64,000 nucleotides of DNA from Bacillota bacterium (GCA_050952065.1 JBMNKF010000007.1:76412-140411); one strand, 5' to 3'. Counted from the first letter of the stretch, positions 28,045 to 38,567 are shown. The notes: generated from the letters alone by a model not told the origin. Numbers and translations: made by a program.

Positions 28045-29112
28045 TTAGCCTCTGCCGTAATCATAGTCCACCGCCACTTCTTCGCCAGATTCAACCATCT
28101 CTTGAGGAGGGCTGGTTATTGCCCAGCGCCAGCACCTTACCGAGCGCCCGTCAAACGTCTCGACCACGCTATCCTTTCCGGCCCGTTTGCACTGGGGGGT
28201 TCCCTTGAAACACCTTGGGTAGAACCAGCACCCTTCATGCTCCGACATGAGATCAGGCACATCCCCGGGTATGGGGGTTAGGATGCCGCCTCTCTCCATC
28301 CGGGGAACGCAGTTCAGGAGGCCCCGAGTGTAAGGATGCAGCGGGTCCCGAAGCACAAGGTCAACGGGCCCTTCTTCAACTATATGCCCTGCATACATCA
28401 CTGCAATCCTGTGGCAGAACTGAGAAGCCACCGCGAGGTTGTGGGTCACAAACAGTATTGCGGTCCCGTTTCGCCTGTTGATCCGGCGGAAAAGGTTCAG
28501 TATTTGGGCCTCAATAGTCACATCTAGGGCCGTTGTGGGCTCGTCCGCTAAGAGTAGATTTGGCCTGCACGCCAGAGCGATTGCAATGAGCACTCGCTGC
28601 TGCATGCCTCCGCTCAGTTGATGAGGGTAGTAGTCCAGGATGTCTTTGGGAGACGGTATACCCACTTCCCGGAGCAACTTGATGAGAGTCTCTTCTCGGC
28701 CTTCTGTAGGGATTTGCTGCCAAAGCCCGTGCACCTGTAGCGCTTCGCGAATCTGTGCGCCAATCTTATGAGCAGGGTTAAGCGTTGACATGGGGTCCTG
28801 AAATACCATAGATACAACACGTCCGCGAAGGCGTTCCATGCAAGCGCGGTTGAGATTGGTCGTTTCTTGGCCCAGTATCTCAATTCTGCCTGATGTGATT
28901 ATGCCAGGGTGGGGGAGAAGGTTCATTGTTGCCAAGAGCAGGGCGCTCTTGCCGCAGCCGGATTCGCCTACCAGCCCAACTATCTCTCCTTGTCTGACCG
29001 AGAGATTGACGCCGCGCAAGGCGCGCACCGTCCCGCGTTTGGTCGGATAGTGCACCTCAAGATCCTCTATGGTCAACACATCGTGAGCGAGTGGATTGTT
29101 CATAAGAGCCAC
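28045..29112 (-). CDS. oppD: Oligo/dipeptide ABC transporter ATP-binding protein (OppD/DppD type)
   Basis: GESGCGKS, LSGGMQQRVLIAIAL, LLADEPTTALD, C-terminal Cys-containing TOBE-like tail. Confidence 0.85.
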   Translation of the reverse strand: MALMNNPLAHDVLTIEDLEVHYPTKRGTVRALRGVNLSVRQGEIVGLVGESGCGKSALLLATMNLLPHPGIITSGRIEILGQETTNLNRACMERLRGRVVSMVFQDPMSTLNPAHKIGAQIREALQVHGLWQQIPTEGREETLIKLLREVGIPSPKDILDYYPHQLSGGMQQRVLIAIALACRPNLLLADEPTTALDVTIEAQILNLFRRINRRNGTAILFVTHNLAVASQFCHRIAVMYAGHIVEEGPVDLVLRDPLHPYTRGLLNCVPRMERGGILTPIPGDVPDLMSEHEGCWFYPRCFKGTPQCKRAGKDSVVETFDGRSVRCWRWAITSPPQEMVESGEEVAVDYDYGRG

Positions 29113-29116
29113 CTCC

Positions 29117-29977
29117 TCATTTTGAGCCGTCTTCCTTCCAAAAGGCCTTGAGCTCGGGGTTCACCGCCTCTCTGAGGGTCTCCCCGAACACGTTGAGCGA
29201 GAGGACTAGAATTACCAGGAAAAGCCCAGGAAGAGCAGAGAGCCACCAAGCATTCAGTAGAAAGCGGTAACCATCCTGTATCATCGACCCCCATGCGGGT
29301 ATCCGAGGAGGGATGCCGATCCCCAAGAAACTCAGGGAGGCTTCCATAACCATCATCGAGCCAACCCTAAGGGTTCCCACCACAAGCAAAGGGTTGATGA
29401 TGTTAGGGAGGATCTCGATGAGAAGAATCTCAGGGCCTGTTCTATTGAGGATCTTTGCGGCTTCAACGTACTCTTTGGTTTTCTCCTGCAGCACTCCCGC
29501 TCTTGCCAACCTGTAAAACTCCACCCAGCCTTTGAACGAGAGAGCCCAGACTAGGTTCCAGAATCCTGGTCCCAGCATGGCCATGGCGCCAATAGCGAAT
29601 ATGAGGTAAGGAAAAGCCAGAAGAATCTCGGTAAGACGGCCCAAGACGGCGTCCAGTAGTCCTCCGTAATACCCTGCAGTCATGCCCAAAATGCAGCCAA
29701 TCACCATTGAGATAGCCACGGTAGTGACACCGATCAGAATCGAAACTCTGGCTCCGTGCACGATTCGGGTCAAGATGTCCCGTCCCAAGTGGTCAGTTCC
29801 CAAGGGGTGACTTCCTACCCAGGAAGGGGGCAAGAGCCTTTCCGAAAGGCTTGTGCTATCGGGTTCCGATGGTGTGATAAAGGGTGCGAACACCGCGCCC
29901 AGGATGTATACGAGTACTACTATCCCTGCAACCACGGCGGGCTTGTTGCCCTTGAGATCTTCCGCAAGCTCCTTCAT
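29117..29977 (-). CDS. oppC: Oligo/dipeptide ABC permease (OppC/DppC type)
   Basis: BPD_transp_1 permease with EAA-like loop. ATG 29977 (MKELAEDLKG...) overlaps the oppB stop (ATGA). The ORF-track start at 30148 adds an implausible leader. Confidence 0.8.
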   Translation of the reverse strand: MKELAEDLKGNKPAVVAGIVVLVYILGAVFAPFITPSEPDSTSLSERLLPPSWVGSHPLGTDHLGRDILTRIVHGARVSILIGVTTVAISMVIGCILGMTAGYYGGLLDAVLGRLTEILLAFPYLIFAIGAMAMLGPGFWNLVWALSFKGWVEFYRLARAGVLQEKTKEYVEAAKILNRTGPEILLIEILPNIINPLLVVGTLRVGSMMVMEASLSFLGIGIPPRIPAWGSMIQDGYRFLLNAWWLSALPGLFLVILVLSLNVFGETLREAVNPELKAFWKEDGSK

Positions 29978-31002
29978 GGCTGCACCTCTCTTCCCAGTGT
30001 GATCCTGGGGTTCAGCCACGTGTACAAGACGTCGGCAGAGAGGTTGGCTATGACGAAGGTGAGGGCATACACCATAACTGCCCCTTGCACTAGAGGGTAG
30101 TCTCTTCCGAAGATCCCGTCTACCACAAGTCGTCCCATGCCTGGCCAACCAAAGATAGTCTCAACGATCATATTGCCCCCCAACAACCCGCCGATCTCGA
30201 GACCCGCTATAGTAACGGCTGGTATAAGGGCGTTCCTCAGGGCATGCCGGACGATCACAGAGAACTCTCTGACCCCCTTTGCCCTGGCAAAGGTGACATA
30301 GTCTTTCTTCATGACTTCAACCATGCTTGACCGAACAACTCTCGTCATTACAGCCAAAGGCCCTGCTGACAACGTGATCGCCGGGAGGATCAGGTGTTTG
30401 AGACTTGCCTTGAGCGCTGGCAGATTTCCCGCAAGGATGGAGTCCAGAACGTACAACCCGGTAATGTGTTCAGGGATGAAGCCGTAAGGCGCCCTACCGG
30501 ATGTCGGGAGCCACCCCAGGTAGACAGAGAAGACCATCATGAGCACGATCCCAAACCAGAAGGCGGGCATGGATATGCCCAAGAAGGCACCCGACAGACT
30601 GAGCCTATCCAGGATCGAGTTGTGTTTGACAGCCGACGCGACGCCCAAAGGTACGGCCACCACAATCGCCAACAGAGTCGCGGCCAAAGCCAATTCTACA
30701 GTGGCGGGGAATGCCTCACGGATCAGTCTTGAAACGCTTTGCGACCGGGTTATGGAATGTCCAAGGTCACCTCGGAACACCCGCGAAAGATAGCTGGTAA
30801 GCTGATGGAGAATCGGCTTATCCAAATCGAATTGCCTCTTCAGTGCATCGATCTCCGCCTGAGTCACACTTGAGGCTTCGCCAAGCATGATATCAACCGG
30901 GTCCCCCGGCAAGAGGCGCATGAATAGAAACACCACTATGGCTACGCCCAGCATTATGGGTAAAGCCGCCAATACTCTTTCTAAGATCCGTACAGATCGC
31001 AA
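29974..31002 (-). CDS. oppB: Oligo/dipeptide ABC permease (OppB/DppB type)
   Basis: N-terminus RILERVLAALPIMLGVAIVVFLFMRLLPGDP is canonical OppB. Likely TTG start at 31002; alternatives are ATG 31029 or the ORF-track 31104. Confidence 0.75.
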   Translation of the reverse strand: MRSVRILERVLAALPIMLGVAIVVFLFMRLLPGDPVDIMLGEASSVTQAEIDALKRQFDLDKPILHQLTSYLSRVFRGDLGHSITRSQSVSRLIREAFPATVELALAATLLAIVVAVPLGVASAVKHNSILDRLSLSGAFLGISMPAFWFGIVLMMVFSVYLGWLPTSGRAPYGFIPEHITGLYVLDSILAGNLPALKASLKHLILPAITLSAGPLAVMTRVVRSSMVEVMKKDYVTFARAKGVREFSVIVRHALRNALIPAVTIAGLEIGGLLGGNMIVETIFGWPGMGRLVVDGIFGRDYPLVQGAVMVYALTFVIANLSADVLYTWLNPRITLGREVQP

Positions 31003-31177
31003 ATGACACCGGTCCCTTCCAGATACCATAGGCCGAAGCACTATGCATTTACTTCCGCGCTTTGCGCTGCTGTTTGGCAGGATATGGGGGCAGTCCGCAA
31101 GCAAGACCCATGCGGTCTGCCCCGGCTTCTAATGGGGATCACCGAGACCTCAAGAGGTTCCCCGAGACCTGCCCATA

Positions 31178-32761
31178 CTACTTCGGAAGCGATGCTTGAA
31201 TTCCGGCTTCTTGGAGCAATTCCACCGCTTTGGCCGGATCGTAGGGGTAAGGCTCCAGGTTTTCGCTATAGCCAAAACCGCTGGGTATCAAGGCTGTTGA
31301 TACTCTCTCGCCATACCCTCCGTAGATCGATGAGAGGATAGAATCCCAGTCGATAGCGTAGTTCAGGGCTTTTCTCACTCGCACGTCGTCAAAAGGAGGT
31401 TTTGTATTGCAGATTTCTATAGCGTAGACTCTCGTGCCGGGTACTGAATCCACTGTTACATTCTGGTCGCTTTTCAGGACCTCGGCGATATCGGGAGGCA
31501 GTTTGTCTATTATGTGTACTTCGCCGGCCTTCAAGGCCGCTACCCTTGTGGCAGGGTCCGGCATCAGGCGGAAAATCGCGGTCTTGATGGCAGCGGGGCC
31601 CACAGGAGGAAGGTCGGGCGACCCACCGTAGTAGTCATCGAATCGCTCCAGGACTACTTGGTCATCCAGCCTACCTTCTTTGAACTTGAAAGGTCCTGTT
31701 CCAATGGGTTTCTCGGCGAATACCTCATCGCCTACTTCTTCCACATAGGCCTTTGGGACAATTTGAAAGTGACACAGTGCCTGTAAGAACACGGGGAATG
31801 GGTTTTCTAGGACAAATTCTACGGTGCTTTCATCCACTTTTCGAACTTCCTTTAGGGGTCCCAAAAGCCCTTGACGCGGCGAGGTATTGCCGCCTATACC
31901 GTTTTCCTTTAGGACGCGGTCAAAGGTGAAGACCACATCGTCTGCGGTTAGGACTTCTCCGTTATGGAACTTTACTCCGTCACGAATCTTAAAAACGTAG
32001 GTTGTCGGGTCAGGGATCTCCCACGACTCGGCGATTTCCGCCACCACTTCTCCCTCATGGGTGCGGGTTACCAAAGCGTCAAATATGTTCCGGATCAGTG
32101 TTTCGGTATCTCTGTCTCTGTAGTTACCAGGATCTAGAGTGATAAACTTGTCCGTGCCCATTCCCACGGTTATGGTGTCACCGTCATCGAGGGTTACGTC
32201 GTGCAGGTTGATCCGGGAGTCCATAGCGACCTTCCAGTTGCCCACGCTCTTGGATGCCGCTCCGGTTTCTTGGAGGCAGTAACCGAAAACCCAGGGCGCG
32301 TCCTCATACAGAATATCCTGGACCCGGCGGTACAGATTCCTGCGGGACTCCTCGTCGGTGGTGGTTGTCACCTGATCCAAAAGGCTGTCAAGCTCGCTGT
32401 TGGAGTAGTGGGAGTAGTTGCCCCTATCGCCCGTCTTAAGTTTGGGAATCACCAGGTCGAAGGGGTCGAAATATGAGCTTCCCCAATCGGTCATATACAG
32501 TTGGCGGTTTCCTTCCATGAACTCGGCCTTCAGTGCGCTCCATTCCCAAGTTCGGGCTTCCGCCTGTATGCCGATTTTGCGCAAATCAGCGGCAACTGCC
32601 TCAGCTTCGTCCTTTCGGTTGGCTTCGCAGTCGATGACCACTGACAAGGTCTGAAGCTCCGGAGCAGGTTCGTCTTTGCATCCTGCCAGAGACAAGACTA
32701 GAAGCGATACCAAAAACGCGGCCAAGACGGCAAACCCACGGCTCCTCCTAGACATAAACAC
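31178..32761 (-). CDS. oppA: ABC transporter substrate-binding lipoprotein, family 5 (OppA/DppA/NikA-like)
   Basis: Signal peptide plus lipobox (LSLAGC), SBP_bac_5-like core. AGGAGG RBS on the minus strand before ATG 32761. Confidence 0.85.
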   Translation of the reverse strand: MFMSRRSRGFAVLAAFLVSLLVLSLAGCKDEPAPELQTLSVVIDCEANRKDEAEAVAADLRKIGIQAEARTWEWSALKAEFMEGNRQLYMTDWGSSYFDPFDLVIPKLKTGDRGNYSHYSNSELDSLLDQVTTTTDEESRRNLYRRVQDILYEDAPWVFGYCLQETGAASKSVGNWKVAMDSRINLHDVTLDDGDTITVGMGTDKFITLDPGNYRDRDTETLIRNIFDALVTRTHEGEVVAEIAESWEIPDPTTYVFKIRDGVKFHNGEVLTADDVVFTFDRVLKENGIGGNTSPRQGLLGPLKEVRKVDESTVEFVLENPFPVFLQALCHFQIVPKAYVEEVGDEVFAEKPIGTGPFKFKEGRLDDQVVLERFDDYYGGSPDLPPVGPAAIKTAIFRLMPDPATRVAALKAGEVHIIDKLPPDIAEVLKSDQNVTVDSVPGTRVYAIEICNTKPPFDDVRVRKALNYAIDWDSILSSIYGGYGERVSTALIPSGFGYSENLEPYPYDPAKAVELLQEAGIQASLPK

Positions 32762-33270
32762 GCCTCCTATTATTGTTGTGGTCGGTCGAAGAGTCGGTTT
32801 TCGAATGAAACGTGCCTATGACCCTGTACCGCAGGATCGCGGCAGGGTATAGAGAAAAAGCGATACAGGGTTCTTCGAGACAACCGGAATGACAGGGGTG
32901 AAACGCAGAGTCTACTCCGGAGCACTTGCTTACCGGGCATTTACCTCCGCTTCTTTATGCTCTTGCGCGCGCTTATCGGCAAGGGCCCCCATCAACGCTT
33001 GCGAGGTTAGCTGACGGGCTCGGGCCGATGAAGTAGCCCTACCCTGGGAAGGATTAGCCCCAAAGAATGGGTCCCCCGCTCCTCATTTGAGGATTCAGCG
33101 CAAAACGGAACTCCGGGTGCCGACGGCTTGTTGAAAACCGTGTAAACTCGACCAAATAAATCCTATCATTTGTGTCAAGCCGGAGTCAAGGAAATGTGCC
33201 GACCACAGAGGGAACGGAGGAGTGGATGCCGCTTAGGTGATAGGATATTAGTGTTCAGGAGGGGATCCGC

Positions 33271-34038
33271 ATGTCAGCTAAGTACCTTCAGAATATGACC
33301 TGGGAAGAATTTGGCGAAGAGGTTTGGCGCGGGACTGTGTTGATTTTGCCGGTCGGAAGTACCGAGCAGCATGGGCCGCACTTGCCTGTAGGAACCGATA
33401 CCATGGTGGCCGTTTCCCTCGCCGAAGCTGCGTCGGAGGAGACCGGCGCAGTAGTCGCCCCGCCCCTATGGTTCGGATGGAGCCCGCATCACATGGTCTT
33501 GCCCGGGACAATCACGGTCCGCCCAGAAATTCTCATAGAACTCCTCTACGACGTGATTGAGTCCCTAGCCAAACACGGATGCACCAAGATGGTGATAGTC
33601 AACGGCCACAGGCTGGTCAACATACCCTGGCTCCAGATCGCTTGCGAGAGAGCCAGGCGCGTGTTGGGAATCCATGTTGTCGTGTTCGACCCGGCATACA
33701 TGTCGAAGGAGATAGTCGATAAGCTGGGCTTTGGTCCGATTGGGCATGCCGAGGAGATCGAATCTTCTCACATGTGGTATTGTCGTCCGGAGCTCTATCG
33801 CGAGGATCGCGCCAGGGACTACGTCCCGCCGGCGAGGGAATTGTACAGCGTGGATCCCAGGTATCCCGGAGACACTTTGTGCTATGTTCCAGCCACGGCG
33901 AAAGAGATGGCCAAGTCGGTGGAAGCCTCCGGCGGCACAACCGGCAGCCCCTCAAGAGCTTCTCGCGAGAGGGGCAGGGAGTACCACGACTACTTGGTTC
34001 GTCGGTTAGTGGAAGTGGTGGAGAAAGGGGTTCAGTAG
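33271..34038 (+). CDS. Creatininase-family amidohydrolase (creatinine amidohydrolase/ArfB-like)
   Basis: LPVGSTEQHGPHLPVGTD, WFGWSPHH, IVNGH motifs. GGAGGGG RBS. Confidence 0.8.
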   Translation: MSAKYLQNMTWEEFGEEVWRGTVLILPVGSTEQHGPHLPVGTDTMVAVSLAEAASEETGAVVAPPLWFGWSPHHMVLPGTITVRPEILIELLYDVIESLAKHGCTKMVIVNGHRLVNIPWLQIACERARRVLGIHVVVFDPAYMSKEIVDKLGFGPIGHAEEIESSHMWYCRPELYREDRARDYVPPARELYSVDPRYPGDTLCYVPATAKEMAKSVEASGGTTGSPSRASRERGREYHDYLVRRLVEVVEKGVQ

Positions 34039-34234
34039 GTCGTGGGGTTTTTCGGCTACTGGCCGTGACGCAGCATGTGTCTGAGACTACTCTCCATCGC
34101 AAGTCAACGTTCTTGACACCGGGGCTGCGTTGCACCGTCGTGTTTCACGATCTGGCATCGCGTGGCCCAGTGTATCATAAGCCTGGAGAGGCGAAACATG
34201 GATCCGACGCACTCTGCCGAGGGCCTCGCTGGGA

Positions 34235-36259
34235 GTGGATACCATGGATTCTGTGGTGAATCGGGCGCTCCGCAAAGTCCCGCCTTCCGTGGGTGTGGCG
34301 AGAATCCTAAGTGTTGTCGTTGGGGCACTCGTGCTATGGGCCGTGTATGCCGAACACTCCTACGTAGAAGAACGGCAGATCCTTGACGCTCTAAGAACCG
34401 TCGGAGTTCTAGCGTGGCCTGCGGTTCTTGCCCCATGGCTGGGAGAGAGGTTTACTCTGGGTGTCCGATTCGTTCTAGGGCTACTGGGGATCGTGGCGGG
34501 TTATTGGTTCACGGGCCAGCCGTTGCTTATCTTCACCTATTATACAACGCTTTCCAACGTAAAGTTGTTGCCCTATCTGGGAGGGGCAGCAATCGTTCTA
34601 CTAGTCTTGTTGGCTATGGCGCCACAGCCCAAGGCCTTTTCGACAAGAACTCCTCGTGTCGCTTCTCGTATCGCAGTGTGGCTTCCCTGTGTTGTCCTGT
34701 CCGCCTCTCTTGGATGGACGCTGAGCATCCTGACGCCTGTCATGGGTTTTGCCAGAGTGAAGCCGGGCGAAGTGGCCCTTTCCACACTTATGGTGGTGGA
34801 GACTTACCTCATGGAAGCCCCGGATAACACGGATCTCGTAGGTTACGCTACGGACGAGGTAATCGTTGTTTGCAGCGCCAACGAAGCGCTCATTCGTTTG
34901 CCTGACGGGACTGCCAAGGTTGTTGACTTGAGCCTCAACCTTGAAGCGCTGGAGATCGTTGAAGTCGGTAGTCAAGTCTTCATCCTCGACAAAGAGGCCG
35001 GTGAGTTGCACTGCTTTGATTCGGGGACCGGTGATCGACTGTGGACTGCGGTCGACCTGGGAACGGTACATCAGGTCAGATGGTCTCTTGACGGCTGGTT
35101 CCTCAATTACCCTGAAGAAAGTGATTTCGACCCAGCGGTCGGTGAGGTATCCCTGACCAAGGTGGACCTATTGTCTGGAACCTCAATGACTTGGGCTCTG
35201 ACGCCTCCAGACAACTGGTTTTGGCCGGAGGCGACGGAGTCCCACCTTGGCGATTGGTTTGGTGCGGAACTGGGGCTTTCTGGCGATCAGGCATTTGTGC
35301 GAATGGGACTTCGATCTGACGCTCATTCCGAAGTCTCCAAGTATAGCATGTTCCTGGCCCTGCCATCAGAAGACCTCGGCCGTTCGTGGTCTTTGGTGCA
35401 GCTACCCGGAAGTCGCTCGAGCACCGAACTCATGGGCGTAGCCAAGGCAATGGCAGTCTACTTGAGTTACCGCGATGATGGGTTGTGGCTTGTTGCTCGG
35501 GATATAGCCAGCGGAATAGAGGTGTGGAATATCCACATCGGGGCCGGTAGTCATAGGGCTAAGCCCCTGAAGGTGCTTCCAGACAGAATTCTGTTGGACT
35601 GGGACAGTCTCGACACTCCTATTGAAACCGGTTTGGCATGCCTAGATCCAGTTACCGGCCGCGAAATGTGGCGATACCGTGAATCAGAGCGCTGGATTCG
35701 CTCTATGGTGTCGGTGGGGGCAAACACGGTCATACTTGCCCAAGACTATGTTTTCTCTGAAGACCCACGAGATACTCTGATCTTTCTGGACGCGGATGGG
35801 AAGCCCGTGTGGTCTTATGAGTTCAAGAACTTGGCACATATAGTGGAGATTGACGCCGAGAAAGACCGCATCAGACTTCTAGAAGGGGTCGATTCCCAAC
35901 TATCGACATGGTCCGGTATGTGGGGAACCGAGACCGTGCTTAGCCTCTCGAACGGGCAACCGATAACGCTGCCGGATGAGGGGCCACGTGGGAAATCGGG
36001 CGATGGATTCGGTCGAGAAGATCTAGGGAACTACCGGTATCTTGTCATCGACAATGCGCTTTATCGAACAAGGGAAAAGATTACCGGGGACTATGCCAGG
36101 TACCGACCGGTGATGAGGCTGGAAGGGAGAGGCGTAGGCATTCGTGATCTGGTGCGTGGCACCGACAGTGTTCTAGCCCGGCCTGACATGGTCGTTGTCG
36201 CGTGCAGGGTTGCCTCGGGTGTGAAGGTGTCTTTGCTGAAACCAGTGTCTCCCAAGTAA
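34235..36259 (+). CDS. Membrane-anchored PQQ-like beta-propeller repeat protein
   Basis: About 5 N-terminal TM helices, then repeated motifs of the PQQ/BamB-like propeller type (TGDRLWTAVDLG, SGIEVWNIHIG, DPVTGREMWRY, DADGKPVWSYEF). Confidence 0.55.
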   Translation: MDTMDSVVNRALRKVPPSVGVARILSVVVGALVLWAVYAEHSYVEERQILDALRTVGVLAWPAVLAPWLGERFTLGVRFVLGLLGIVAGYWFTGQPLLIFTYYTTLSNVKLLPYLGGAAIVLLVLLAMAPQPKAFSTRTPRVASRIAVWLPCVVLSASLGWTLSILTPVMGFARVKPGEVALSTLMVVETYLMEAPDNTDLVGYATDEVIVVCSANEALIRLPDGTAKVVDLSLNLEALEIVEVGSQVFILDKEAGELHCFDSGTGDRLWTAVDLGTVHQVRWSLDGWFLNYPEESDFDPAVGEVSLTKVDLLSGTSMTWALTPPDNWFWPEATESHLGDWFGAELGLSGDQAFVRMGLRSDAHSEVSKYSMFLALPSEDLGRSWSLVQLPGSRSSTELMGVAKAMAVYLSYRDDGLWLVARDIASGIEVWNIHIGAGSHRAKPLKVLPDRILLDWDSLDTPIETGLACLDPVTGREMWRYRESERWIRSMVSVGANTVILAQDYVFSEDPRDTLIFLDADGKPVWSYEFKNLAHIVEIDAEKDRIRLLEGVDSQLSTWSGMWGTETVLSLSNGQPITLPDEGPRGKSGDGFGREDLGNYRYLVIDNALYRTREKITGDYARYRPVMRLEGRGVGIRDLVRGTDSVLARPDMVVVACRVASGVKVSLLKPVSPK

Positions 36260-36485
36260 TCTGTCAAGTAGTCTGTCCAATAGTCTGTGACCCCATCCAG
36301 GCATGGCGGGACTATTCATCAAACGTTTGAGCGCAGTCTTCACGGAGACTGCCCAGTGGAACTGGAGGTGGTCGGGGAATCGCGTCAATACCGATCATCA
36401 AAACAGACCATGTTGAGATCGCATCGTAATGATAGCATGGTGGTTGGCTGAGAATCGAGAATCTAGGATTGGTAGAGGGTAAAGC

Positions 36486-37799
36486 ATGGCCAGACGAGGT
36501 GGTTCCGGGGGAAGGAGCAGTGGCGGCTCTTTTGGAGGGAGTCGCAGCAGCGGCGGGAGGAGCGGCGGTTCCTTCGGTGGAGGCAGGAGCGGTGGCTTTG
36601 GCGGAAAGCCGCCCGGTAGATCGGGCGGTTCAGGTGGTGGCATTTTCGGCGGCGGCGTTTTTGGCGGAGGCAGGAGCGGTGGTTCGGGCGGCGGCGTTTT
36701 CGGCGGAGGTGGAGCCACCAGGCCGGGTGGAGGTTGGTTCGTCCCCAGAAGGCCGCCGGTGGTTCTCGTACCTACTCCCATATCTGGGAGGCCTGAACAG
36801 CCTCAATCCCAGGGGATGGCGCAAGAACGAAATATGAATTCAGGCGGTCGCGGAGGCTCTGTGCATCGATCAACCCCAGGAAATACCGGGAAGGCAAGGT
36901 CAGGCGCAGGTTGCGGAACGGTCTTGCTCGTCCTTGCGATCCTCGTTATCTTGGGCGTAGTCGTGAGCGCCGTAATGGGGCAGGGGTTCTTTTTCAGAGG
37001 GTACAGGAGCGACAGGGGGATTACGTGGTCCACTATACAACGTAAGCCTCTCCCGGCGGGTTCGGTCAACGAAACCGAATACTACACCGACACTCTCGGT
37101 TGGATCGGCAACCGGACCCAGATGTTGTCAGGGCTCAAGCATTTTTACAAGAAGACCGGGGTGCAGCCGCATGTCTACATTACGGATAAGGTTAGCGGGC
37201 TCTACAGCCCCACGGCGGATGATCTGGATGAGTTCGCCAACGGTCTTTACGATGAGTTGTTTACCGATGAGGCGCATCTATTGTTGGTGTTTTTCGAGTA
37301 CGGTGACGGACGATATCAGACTCGATATGTCTGCGGTACACAAGCCAAGACGGTGATCGATCAAGAGGCGGCAGACATTCTCCTTGATTATCTTGACAGA
37401 TACTACTACGATAAGAGCCTCACCGACGAACAGTTTTTCAGCGTGTCTTTCGCCGATGCGGCGGATCGCATAATGACTGTTACTCGGTCGCCATGGATTC
37501 CGGTTCTTGTGTGGATTAGTATCGCCACGGTGGTAATAGTGGTGTTTGTCTGGTGGAGGCAGGCTAAAGACCGGAAGATGTTGGAGGCTCAGAAGACAGA
37601 GGAAATCCTAAAGACCCCGCTAGAGCGGTTCGGTACCACCGAAGCGGAGCAACTTGCCAAGAAATACGAGAGTCTCGATGCCAAGGGTGGTGCAAAACCC
37701 GATCCTAAATCAGAGATGGCAGAGATCGAAGAGCCCAAGATAGATTCTGATCCCGGTCAAGAGGAACTGGATCCGAGCAAGAGGGGTCCCAGTTTGTGA
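36486..37799 (+). CDS. Bitopic membrane protein: N-terminal Gly/Arg/Ser-rich (RGG/FGG) low-complexity region, TM, TPM-like domain, second TM, acidic C-tail
   Basis: GGRSGGSFGGG-type repeats in residues 1-100. TM (VLLVLAILVILGVVVSAV). Domain KKTGVQPHVYITD...LDEFANGLYDELF...HLLLVFFEYGDGRYQTRYVCGTQAKTVIDQEAADILLDYL resembles the TPM (TLP18.3/Psb32/MOLO-1) fold. Second TM (WIPVLVWISIATVVIVVFVWW). Confidence 0.5.
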   Translation: MARRGGSGGRSSGGSFGGSRSSGGRSGGSFGGGRSGGFGGKPPGRSGGSGGGIFGGGVFGGGRSGGSGGGVFGGGGATRPGGGWFVPRRPPVVLVPTPISGRPEQPQSQGMAQERNMNSGGRGGSVHRSTPGNTGKARSGAGCGTVLLVLAILVILGVVVSAVMGQGFFFRGYRSDRGITWSTIQRKPLPAGSVNETEYYTDTLGWIGNRTQMLSGLKHFYKKTGVQPHVYITDKVSGLYSPTADDLDEFANGLYDELFTDEAHLLLVFFEYGDGRYQTRYVCGTQAKTVIDQEAADILLDYLDRYYYDKSLTDEQFFSVSFADAADRIMTVTRSPWIPVLVWISIATVVIVVFVWWRQAKDRKMLEAQKTEEILKTPLERFGTTEAEQLAKKYESLDAKGGAKPDPKSEMAEIEEPKIDSDPGQEELDPSKRGPSL

Positions 37800-37842
37800 A
37801 ATTGAATGCCACAAGAAGCGAAACATGTGAGGAGGAGAACGC

Positions 37843-38538
37843 ATGGGAATCCTAGATAGATTCAGTGACATCATCAAGGCCAATATCAATGCTGTGCTCG
37901 ACAAGCTTGAAGACCCATCGAAGATGATCGATCAGTATCTGGTCCAGATGTCCGAGGACCTGGCCGAGGTCAAGCGCAGTACCGCGGGGGTCATGGCCGA
38001 GGAAGCGCGCACCAAACGCTTGGTGGATGCCAACCAAGCAGAGGTAGCCAAGTATGAGGCTTTTGCTAAGAAGGCTCTCGCCGCAGGTAACGAAGGCGAT
38101 GCTCGGGTTTTCATCGCAAAGAAACAGGAATTGGAGAACGTAGGAGCAGGTCTGATGACGGCCTATGCCGCAGCCCACGAGAACGCAGTGAAAATGCGGC
38201 AGATGCACGACAAGTTGGTTGCCGACATCGAGGCTCTTAAGGCCCGCCGAGAGATGATCAAGGCCAAAATAGCCGTGGCCAAGACTCAGCAGACCATTAG
38301 CGACATCGGTGCTGCCGCGGCTAAGGCTCAGGGTACCATGGGCGCCTTCACGCGAATGGAGGAGAAAGCCGCAAGGATGCTCGATCAGGCCAACGCCATG
38401 GCAGAACTCAACGCCGAACCCGTGGACGCCGCTAAGGCATTGGAGGAGAAGTACTCCGGGAGGGACTCGGCTTCTGTGGACGAAGAGATTGACAGGCTTA
38501 AGGCAGAAATGGGTCTTCTGGAGAAGAAACCCGAGTAG
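37843..38538 (+). CDS. pspA: PspA/IM30 family protein (phage-shock protein A / LiaH / Vipp1-like)
   Basis: 231 aa all-helical protein. MGILDRFSDIIKANINAVLDKLEDP...IDQYLVQM..., long coiled-coil characteristic of PspA/IM30. GGAGGAG RBS. Confidence 0.85.
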   Translation: MGILDRFSDIIKANINAVLDKLEDPSKMIDQYLVQMSEDLAEVKRSTAGVMAEEARTKRLVDANQAEVAKYEAFAKKALAAGNEGDARVFIAKKQELENVGAGLMTAYAAAHENAVKMRQMHDKLVADIEALKARREMIKAKIAVAKTQQTISDIGAAAAKAQGTMGAFTRMEEKAARMLDQANAMAELNAEPVDAAKALEEKYSGRDSASVDEEIDRLKAEMGLLEKKPE

Positions 38539-38567
38539 CATTGTAGGTAGCACGCGTAGAGTGAAGA

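Noticed and set aside
36398-36781. 127-aa Pro-rich minus-strand ORF (PPPPKTPPPEPP...)
   Set aside because: It is the mirror image of the Gly/Arg-rich repeat of the plus-strand gene 36486..37799, whose frame continues into TM and globular domains. Classic low-complexity antisense artefact.
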